Source: Octopus vulgaris
Lineage: Eukaryota
Length of the DNA: 64,000 nucleotides
NCBI GenBank assembly: GCA_951406725.2
Contig: OX597833.1
Location: 45,384,001 to 45,448,000 of the forward strand
Reading direction: 5' to 3'
The notes below the pieces were generated by a model. The model was not told where the DNA came from, did not search any database, and saw only the letters and a list, made by a program, of their open reading frames with translations. This document shows, one piece after another, positions 54,669 to 64,000 of this stretch. The translations under genes were made by a program, and so were the position numbers. How positions within the stretch are numbered: position 1 is the stretch's first letter; each line of letters opens with the position of its first letter.

Positions 54669-56204
54669 TGCGCCTATATGAGGCATTTAAGAAAAAATAT
54701 TAAATAATGCTAAAAATACGATATATGTCAAAGGGAGAGAAGGAGAGATGGAAATTCTTCCCAACAGCAGCCAGCGAAAATGCCTGATGCATTTCAGCCT
54801 GAGGCATTTCGGCCTTTTCCATGGTGCGTACTCGCAGCCAGTTCCACGTTTGGGCGAGAATTCGTCGTCCCTGACATAGGAAATAAAATGAATAAAGCAT
54901 TCACCGATGTTGAGAATAGTTATCCGATTGATATTTATCTGGTATGTAGTTACTGCAGTATTTGTCCCAGGATAATATCTCATGGATTTGATGTGTTAAA
55001 AATACAATAAATATCAAGAGAGTCGAAAATTGATCCCATAGCGAATATCAAATTATACTTTACAAAATCCATGTTAATGGCTGAGCAAAAACTTGTTATT
55101 CATAAATGAAGCTTGTTAACCTTGTTATTCATAATTGTATTTATACACAAGTATCATGAATGTAGTTTTTTATTTACATATTTTATTTACATATTTTTTT
55201 CTTAATTTTTATTTACATATTTTTTTTCTTAATTTTTATTTACATATTTTTTTCTTAATTTTTAAATTAAACTTATAGTGCTTTAAAACATTCCATGCGA
55301 ATTGCACCAATAATTGGCAACTCACATATGGAGTGCGCCAGTAATTTTGGTTTTAATCTCATTTCCAGTGCGTCAGGAAGTAAAAAAAAATCCAAGAGTT
55401 CTGATTTAGATAACAGGGAGTAGAAATTGACGCACCACGGTGTTGATTATGTTTTAAATTATTCTATTTGTTTTTTTTTTCTTCTGCTTCTTCTCCTTCG
55501 CTTTTCTTCCCTCCTCCTCCTTCTTCTCCTCTACCTTCTGTTCACATTCCGCCGAGGTCACATTTGCTATGCATCTTTGCAGAGTCGATAAAATAAGCAC
55601 CAATTGAGCATTGGAGAAAATTGGATTATTGATGATCCTGTCGACTTCAGGATATCTGAAAACACACCGAAGTGATTTCCGTTTGCCTGCTTCAGATCCA
55701 GAGAACTTGTGTATAACTGTAGAAGATATGGACACAACTTCTTTTTGTTATAGGTCAGACGTTAGGCAAGCTAGATGGACTGACTCTGTGAAAGTCAATT
55801 GTCCTGACTATAAACAGATTGCTTATTTGTCTGGGCCGTCAATATCCGATGGAATTGCAGAGAATTGATGTATTTTATTCCAGTTTTCTCCATCAGCCGC
55901 AGTTTTGTGCTAAAGCTCATCTCTCCAGATGATTTGTCAATCTGTTTGTTGACAATGTCAGTCTATTTTTTCTTCTGGACGTCTACCCTCCTTTCCTCCC
56001 TCTTTCCAAGCACACAGGCTCCTGTTAAATGGCCATACCATCTCAGTTTTCTTTCTTTTCTCCACTGACGTTACAAGGTTTTCACAGGTACCAGCGTGAT
56101 GCTGGGTAGTTTGGCATAAGACAAATTACTGCACCAACAAAAAGATTTGAGCTATCAATCCCTCATCGGTTAGTAGTTTCGTAGATTTATCGACTGAGCC
56201 AGTG

Positions 56205-56748
56205 ACGGCAGTAACGTTAGCACGCCGGGCGAAATGCTTAGGTCGACTTTGCCTTTCATCCTTCCGGGGTCGATTAAATAAGTACCAGTTACGCACTGGG
56301 TCGATGTAATCGATTTAATCCGTTTGTCTGTCCTTGTTTGTCCTCTCTGTGTTTAGCCCCTTGTGGGTAGTAAAGAAATAGGTATTTCGTCTGCCGTTAC
56401 GTTCTGAGTTCAAATTCCTCCGAGGTCGACTTTGCCTTTCATCCTTCCGGGGTCGATTAAATAAGTACCAGTTACGCACTGGGGTCGATGTAATCGACTT
56501 AATCCGTTTGTCTGTCCTTGTTTGTCCTCTCTGTGTTTAGCCCCTTGTGGGTAGTAAAGAAATAGGTATTTCGTCTGCCGTTACGTTCTGAGTTCAAATT
56601 CCGCCGAGGTCGACTTTGCCTTTCATCCTTCCGGGGTCGATTAAATAAGTACCAGTTACGCACTGGGGTCGATGTAATCAACTTAATCCATTTGTCTGTC
56701 CTTGTTTGTCCCCTCTATGCTTAGCCCCTTGTGGGCAATAAAGAAATA
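56205..56748 (+). mobile_element. SINE B tandem trimer (184-bp period)
   Basis: Same junction at 56381 and 56565. Confidence 0.9.
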
Positions 56749-56947
56749 TGAGAATAAGCCTCACCTGCAATCCAATGGAATCTGCATCATCTAGAAGCTG
56801 TAATTGATTCAGCACTCAGAAGGAAGCATGTAAACGATCAAGCATGTTTCTTAGCTCGTCGAAAATTCAAGAAACGTATCTCAGTTAAGTCATTAATACA
56901 AACATTTAAACTATTATAATTGTTCAGTGCTTCCCTCTATCCTTGTG

Positions 56948-58112
56948 TAGGAGTGGCCGTGTGATAAGAAGCTTGCTTACCAACCACATGGTTCCGGGTT
57001 CAGTCCCACTGCGTGGCACCCTGGGCAAGTGTCTTCTACTATGGCCTCGGGCCGACCAAAGCCTTGTGAGTGGATGTGGTTGACGGAAACTGAAAGAAGC
57101 CTGTCGTGTGTATCTGTGTTTGTCCCCCCCCCCAACATCGCTTGACAACCGATTCTGATGTGTTTACGTCCCCGTAACTTAGCGGTTCGGCAAAAAAGAC
57201 CGATAGAGTGGGTGTTGGGCTTACAAAGAATAGGTACTGGGGTCGATTTGCTCGACTAAAGGCGGTGCTCCAGCATGGCCGCTGTCAAATGACTGAAACA
57301 AGTAAAAGAGTATACACGCGCGCGAGGACACACACACACACACACACACAAGTGTATGCGTGTGTGTGTGTGTTTGTGTGTAAATCATACGTGTCATTCG
57401 TAAGCCGTGATTACGACTTGATAACATGATGTACCATGTTTTCGCTAATAGTTTTAGGTGCCCGTGTTGTCACGAGCCGTTATAAACACCGTCTCGATCC
57501 TCCTACTCTGTGGTCTAGCAAGGATATGACAACTTGGAGGAAAGAGATGAACCGCATCAACATTTTCATCTGAGTAGGCTAGGGCAACGTGAAATGAAGA
57601 CCCATTACTGAAGGACACTACACGCAGTCTTGTCCATATATCGAACGCACAACCTTATCTGCGTATGGCCCACACCTTAACCACTAAGCCATGCGCCTTC
57701 ACGCACAAACATTTATACACATTTCATTTTTTACTTGTTTCAGTCATTGGACTGCGGCCATACTAGGGCACGGCCTTAAAGAGTTCTAGTCGAACGAATC
57801 GACCCCAAAACTTAATTTTCTTAAAGCTTGGTACTAATTCTATGGGTCTCTAATGCCGAACTACTAAGTTACAGGAACATGAACAAACCAACACCGGTGG
57901 TGGTGGTGGTGGGTAAAACAACCACAAATACACTCATATATAGATATATACATATATATATATATTTACAACAGGCTTCTTTCAGTTCCCGTCTACCAAA
58001 TCCACTCACAAGGCTTTGGCTGGCCCGTGACTATTGTAGAATATACTCACCTAAAGATTCAACGCAGTGGGACTGAACTCGGAACCATTTGATTGTGAAG
58101 CAAACTTCTTAC
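56948..58112. mobile_element. SINE A copies 56948-57311 (+) and 57728-58112 (-, old)
   Basis: Consensus matches. Confidence 0.8.
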
Positions 58113-58345
58113 ATATTTCTTTATTACCCACAAGGGGCTAAACACAGAGGGGACAAACAAGGACAGACATAGGTATTAAGTCGATTACATCGACCCCAGT
58201 GCGTAACTGGTACTTAATTTATCGACCCCGAAAGGATGAAAGGCAAAGTCGATCTCGGCGGAATTCGTACTCACAACGTAACGCAGACGAAATACCGCTA
58301 AGCATTTCGCCCGGCGTCCTAACGTTTCTGCCAGCTCGCCGCCTT
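58113..58345 (-). mobile_element. SINE B nested in a SINE A head
   Basis: 20-bp TSD ttgtgaagcaaacttcttac (58093-58112 and 58349-58368). Confidence 0.9.
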
Positions 58346-58480
58346 TGTTTGTGAAGCAAACTTCTTACCGTGTATATATACATTGTTGTATTACACCTGT
58401 ATATTTATTTTTATTACCGTTCTTTAAACGATGAGCATTTACTTAATATTGTTTGTTTCCCGTCTCTTTTCTTGTTCTAG

Positions 58481-58639
58481 CTGTCAAGCCTACCCTTGCC
58501 CCCTGGGGAGAATGGACTGAGTGTACAGTGACTTGTGGTGCCGGGTGGCGGTCGAAGTACCGACAGTGTCCAACATGCAGGCCCGATGATTACAGAAACC
58601 GGCTCTTCCAGCCTTGCATGATCAGAAGTTACTGTCCAG
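58481..58639 (+). CDS. Coding exon (phase 1 to phase 1), thrombospondin type-1 repeat: (A)VKPTLAPWGEWTECTVTCGAGWRSKYRQCPTCRPDDYRNRLFQPCMIRSYCP
   Basis: Acceptor ctcttttcttgttctAG and donor GTAAGA at 58640. 159 bp. WxxW, CxxTCG-G, RxxxR and six cysteines are the canonical TSR signature. Confidence 0.9.
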
Positions 58640-59254
58640 GTAAGATGCAAATTGCACAGGGGTTTTGTTTTTAACGTTTTTATTGTTTAGGAAAATGAAT
58701 GCGGCGAGTTGGCAGAAACGTTATACACACACACATACACACACAGATATATATATACATGTGTGTGTTCGTCACGTTGTTGAATGGCAGGTGGAGGAGG
58801 GGGAGGAGAACAAGACGCAGAAGAAAAAGAAAACCTTGCATCTATTAACAGCCAATGAAACTTTCGTCTACGTTATAAGTTTAAAAAACCTGTAAGAATG
58901 TAGATAGAAGAGCAGAAAGAAAAGTCAGAAAGCAATAAATAACGAAAGAAAGAATCCGTTTTAACGTATCTTCAAGTTAATGAGTCTTGCAAACCCAAAC
59001 ATTTGCACAAGAATTTTGAAAATGGTCCAAGCCAACGTGGGAGTAGCTACACAGTCAGTAAACCTGCTAAAAAATACCAACCAGATCACCCCCAATCCAC
59101 AATATCAAGGCAGTTACAACAATAGCGTAAGTCAGGCGGGTGAGTCCACCCCTAGCGGCCCTTCTATTTAAGGGTGATACTTTTGAGTCCGCTGCATAAG
59201 GAGTGACTGCGAGGTTGGAAACCTCATAGTAGTGGTAGTAGTAGTAGTAGTAAT

Positions 59255-60350
59255 AAGAAGAAAAATAATCTCTGTGTTAGACCGAAAAGAGAAAGGGGTG
59301 CTTATAAGCGAACAAAAATACAGGGCGCTGAAAAAGGAAGTATAATATTGAAAGAAAGGGCCTGAAAGTATTAATGGAGGAACTGAAACAGCGCCCCGTT
59401 GCAAAGAAAGCAAAGATAGTAAGATACGATCAAAGAATGAAGGATTACCACCAGAATAGGTTATTCAGAGTAGATCAGAAGAGATTCTATAAAGAAATAT
59501 ATGGAGAGTATACAGATGAAAAGTTGATACCAGATAACATTGAAAGTTAAAGACAAAGAGCACAAGAAGGATGCTGAATGGTTGGAAGAACTGAAACAAA
59601 CAGTAGTCTGTCCAAAACAGACAGAACTAGTCATTTCAGTTAGGGAAGTGAAGGAAGTCAGCAAAAAAAATGAGCAACTGGAAGGCCCCGGGACCAGATG
59701 GAGTTCAAGGCTACTGGATCAAAAGATTTGGTGAATGTCATGCACGAATAGCTGCGCAACTCAACACCTTGTTAAATGCCGACTAAGTAACATCAGAGTG
59801 GCTGGCATTGGGTAGGATAGTACTGTGCCTGAAGAATATCGAAAAAGGCAATACGGTAGGCAATTACAGGCCGATATCTTGTTTGCCACTTATGTGGAAA
59901 TTATTGACTGGGATACTCGCAGAGTCAATGTACGAACATCTGGAAAAAAATGGAGTCCTGCCACATGAGCAGATGGGTCGTAAGCGTAAGTGTAGAGGTA
60001 CCAAGGATCAATTCCTGATAGACAAAACTGTACTAAGAGACTGCAAGAGAAGGAAAAGTAACTTAGCCATGTCATGATTGGACTAAGAAGCTGTGGTCGA
60101 TAAAAAAAAGGTAGCAGTAGTACCCAATAATTGTCGGAGCCGTGGGAACAGAGAGCAAAAATATCGAGATGTACGTGGAACAAATAGGGGCTACAATAAG
60201 GGTGGAGCATTTGCAGAAAATAGCACTGCTTGGAACCGCTCGAACACTTCTAAAGGTGCTCGAAAAATAAGAGGTGTTACCTTAGTTCACTGGTAGTGAA
60301 CAGCTGGCACCGTAGTACATCTCCAGCGTTAGAAGCTGTGCAAAGGCAAT
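59255..60350 (+). mobile_element. R4/Dong-clade element, internally deleted (RT N-part joined to the 3' end)
   Basis: [38 protein letters not shown]. 60085-60350 matches the reverse complement of about 20706-20965 and ends in a TAA-type repeat. Confidence 0.85.
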
Positions 60351-60870
60351 GATAATAATAACAATTCTTTGTAATTTTGGCACAAGGCCAATAATTTTTG
60401 AGGGTGAGCGTAATCGACGGGTACTTTATTTCATTTAACCTAAAAGGATGAAAAGCAAAATCAACTTCAGAACACTGCACGTACAGAGCCTAAAAAAATG
60501 TCGCTAAACATTTTGTCCGATGCTCTGAAAATCCAGCCAGCTCACCGCTTTCCTAAGTAAATAGTCATAATAATAATAAAGACACTCTATTAGGTTAGTG
60601 TTTCTACTAGTCTATGCCAACTAATATACGATTTAGTGTGTGCTTAGCAATTAGTTCCCCAACACTTCATTAAGTAATGCAAAAAAAAAAAAAAGAACTA
60701 AAACAAACAGCGTCTTGGTGAGAAACCTCAAATAAGGCTTCCAGAGTTGTCTCCCGTACTTGCTAATGAAAATAGAAAATATGAATTGTTATCTTTTAAA
60801 AACTGAACTCTTTGCTTGATTTCGGCCATTAGATTGCGGGCATGCTGGGACATCGACTTAAGAGAAAAAA

Positions 60871-60909
<39 letters not shown>

Positions 60910-61552
60910 AGGGAAACGAACTGACAGCAGTAATCAATTCAGCTACAAAAAAATATTCATATAAATAAAAATGTACGCTGACAAAGATGGAGGAAACTGG
61001 TGTCAAAAACCAGTACCTTAGACTACTCAGCCACGTCACTGCCTGTTTGGCTTGCCTTTTTTGCCTGGGGCGAAAAGAGGGGACGTGTGTGTGTGCGTGC
61101 GTGTGTGTGTGTGTGTATGTGTGTGTGTATGTGTGCTTGTGCGTTGGAGAGTGACATTAACAAAAACACACAACCAGGTATGAAACAAAGAAAAACTCGA
61201 AATTCGACGAACAGGTGATGGTCTGCTTCAGTATCATTGTCGTCGTCGTCATCATCACCATCATCACCATCATCATTGTCATCATCATCATTGTCGTCGT
61301 CCTCATCATCATCGTTTTATCGTGCACATTGCCATGCTCCCATGGGTCGTACGGAATTTGTTGAGGTGCATATCCCCAGCCGGATGCACCTCTTGTCATC
61401 AACCCTCACCTATGTCAAAGCAAAGTAATATTTCTCCATGAGCAAATATTTTCTCACAGGAAAATGGAAAAGAAGAGCATCGCTTGCATAACGGTGACAC
61501 TCATTTACAGCTCTCACGCACACATTAACATACATGCATACATACATACATA

Positions 61553-61740
61553 CTCTTTTACTTGTTTCAGTCATTTGACTGCGGCCATGCTGGAGCACCG
61601 CCTTTAGTCAAGCAAATCGACCCCAGGACTTATTCTTTGGAAGCCTAGTACTTATTCTATCGGTGTCTTTTGCCGAACCGCTAAGTTACGGGGACGTAAA
61701 CACACCAGCATCGGTTGTCAAGTGATGTTAGAGGGGACAA

Positions 61741-61789
<49 letters not shown>

Positions 61790-62250
61790 ATGTAAAAAAA
61801 ATATACAAACTGTAACAAGAACGCATAACACTTAGAAGACGATACAACAAACACAGACAGGACATTCGAAGCCCTCAGTCTTCAGTCAAGAACCGGATCA
61901 TCGTAGTAATTTCGGCTGATACATACATGTGTACGACGGGATTCTTTTCAGTTTCCGTCTACCAAATTCAGCCACAAAACTTTGGTCAGCTCGAGGCTAT
62001 AGTAGAAAACACTTGCCCAAGGTGCCCCGCAGTGGGACTGAACCCAGAACCATGTGGTTGGTAAGGAAGCTACTTACCACACAGCCACTCCTGCGCCGGA
62101 GTAACTTAGTGGTTCGGCAAAAGAGACCGATAGAATAAGTACTAGACTTACAAAGAATAAGTTCTGGGGTCGATTTGCTCGACTAAAGGCGGTGCTCCAG
62201 CATAGCCGCAGTCAAATGACTGAAACAAATAAAAGAGTAAAAGAGGAAAA
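61553..62250. mobile_element. SINE A (-, 61553-62096, split by a family F insertion in its microsatellite) and SINE A 3' end (+, 62100-62250)
   Basis: Consensus matches. Confidence 0.8.
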
Positions 62251-62599
62251 GAGTAATTAAATGAGAATGAGTGATTTACAAAAAAAAAATGAAGCGGAGG
62301 ACGCGGTCGACTCCACAAACCACATACTCACACTGAAGACATTGCCTTTTCCTTTATTTTTGCTCTCGTTTAGACAGGTTCTATCACTCGCATCATACTT
62401 ACTACAGACTTCCATCTTTTACGAAACACACTTTGCGACAGGCATTTCTTCTCCAGCCTTATTTTCCGTTTCATGTGGAAAACGAAAAAGTCGATTAACC
62501 CGAGATTGGAAATGAATATGCCTGTTGCAATTCCTTTCGCTCTCGTCTTCCATACTACGTCTTTCGCCTCAGCAACTACCGAGAGAAAACAGGCTCGCT

Positions 62600-63430
62600 T
62601 CTCTCTATTCAGGGAGGGTGGTCAACGACTTTGGAGAGCATAAAAATTAAAGTTGTGGGTGAGAAAACGTTAGCTGACGTGGAGGACAGGAATCCATTTG
62701 AAATTGGAAATGAGTTTATCTGTATAATGATTTGCACCAGGTAAATGCTGACAGCATGACTGCTCATCATTGCTCTGTGAACACTGCAAACGCTGTAAGA
62801 CGGAAGATGGAGAGCTGCAACGGAGACTACAAAGTCGTGGCCAGCAGGAAGGAACACAACAGGCGTTCTGACTACATCTGCACGCCGGATATCATCCCAA
62901 AGTCTTTGAAGTGGGCCTTTGGCTCAATTCAGACAGCTATGTAAAGCTGCCAGAGACTGGTCAAACCCTGGCTGGAGAGGTTTATTGCTGGAAGGTCATA
63001 TGTGTGGCAGCAGGATTTGGCTCCTAGCCATGCGTTCGGAAAGAGTCAGAAGTGGTTGTCGGAGAGTTTTTACGACTTCACCATACACAATTTCTGGCCT
63101 TCTGATTCTCTCGATTGTAATCCCACGGATTATTATGTGTAGGATGTGTTTGATAACACCAACCGCTCTGCATGCGACATCAAGGCCGTGCTGGTAGCTA
63201 AGATCAAGGACATGTTTAAAGATCTTTCCAGTGAGAAACGCACTATGTCAGGTCCCAGAGCCTTCTTAAGCCATGGTAGAAGCTGTAGGTGGCAACTTTG
63301 AGTAGCCTGTTATCTCTCAGCCATAATTTACTCGATATTTTTTGAATTTTTAAAGTACTTTTATTTTTGGATAGGACGTTGTATTTTCTTTCTTTTTATG
63401 CAAGCTGTCAAATTTAGCCTGGACAAATGT
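62600..63430 (+). mobile_element. Decayed Tc1/mariner-superfamily (maT-like) transposase fragment
   Basis: YVWQQDLAPSH..SQKWL..FWPSDSLDCNPTDYYV matches the QQD..H and WP..SPD.NP.D motifs. Confidence 0.7.
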
Positions 63431-63476
63431 GTATACATACATACATACATAAATAAGTACATACATACCTACCTAC

Positions 63477-63552
<76 letters not shown>

Positions 63553-63622
63553 ATGTCTGTCTGTCTGTCTGTCTGTCCATACACACATATGTATACCCAT
63601 GCGCGCGCAGGCACACACACAC

Positions 63623-63682
<60 letters not shown>

Positions 63683-64000
63683 AAGTAACTGCTCTTCTTT
63701 TAAGCCCCAGATGAAACTCTGATTAAGTTTATCTATGATCGAAGACATTCCATTCGCGATCGCAACCATCGTGATCTTTCATGCCAGAATCGTCTTTCAT
63801 TCTCAAAGACGACAGTTTGTGGAAATTTGGGAGATTTGGATGCTATATTTGTCAGACAAAAACATGTAATACCCAGCAGTAGCAATAGTAGTGGTAGTAG
63901 TAGTAAAAACAATAGCAGCCGGGATAAGAAGTGGAACCTATATAGATTGTACAGACGTTTACAGACGTCACGGTTCTACGATTTGCATTTGTATTGCTTT

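Noticed and set aside
54720-54870. Minus-strand exon candidate after acceptor tttatttcctatgtcAG
   Set aside because: No convincing donor and no recognisable protein motif.
55165-55265. About four copies of a ~25-bp T-rich unit (also tgtgaaatacc x3 at ~46020-46053)
   Set aside because: Ordinary local slippage duplications.

Overview
AT-rich, very microsatellite- and SINE-dense animal genomic DNA. The SINE families and the (TA)n/(TATC)n/(TAA)n load suggest an octopus (coleoid cephalopod) genome; this is recognition from memory, not a database result. Almost all long ORFs in the ORF track are repeat artefacts. The one well-supported host gene is on the + strand: three phase-compatible GT-AG exons (50088-50215, 53053-53128, 58481-58639). 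They splice into a six-cysteine, strongly cationic domain with properdin TB-domain spacing, followed by a thrombospondin type-1 repeat, i.e. a properdin-like N-terminus. The first exon was not found and later exons are not evident in the window. The rest is nested mobile DNA: four tRNA-type SINE families (called A-D here), a (TAA)n-associated non-autonomous element (E), decayed piggyBac, Penelope, R4/Dong, RTE, Tx1, CR1 and Tc1/mariner remnants, several MITEs, a 1.65-kb 21-bp minisatellite that grew inside an RTE LINE, and several fold-back structures. Coordinates of degenerate repeats are approximate.
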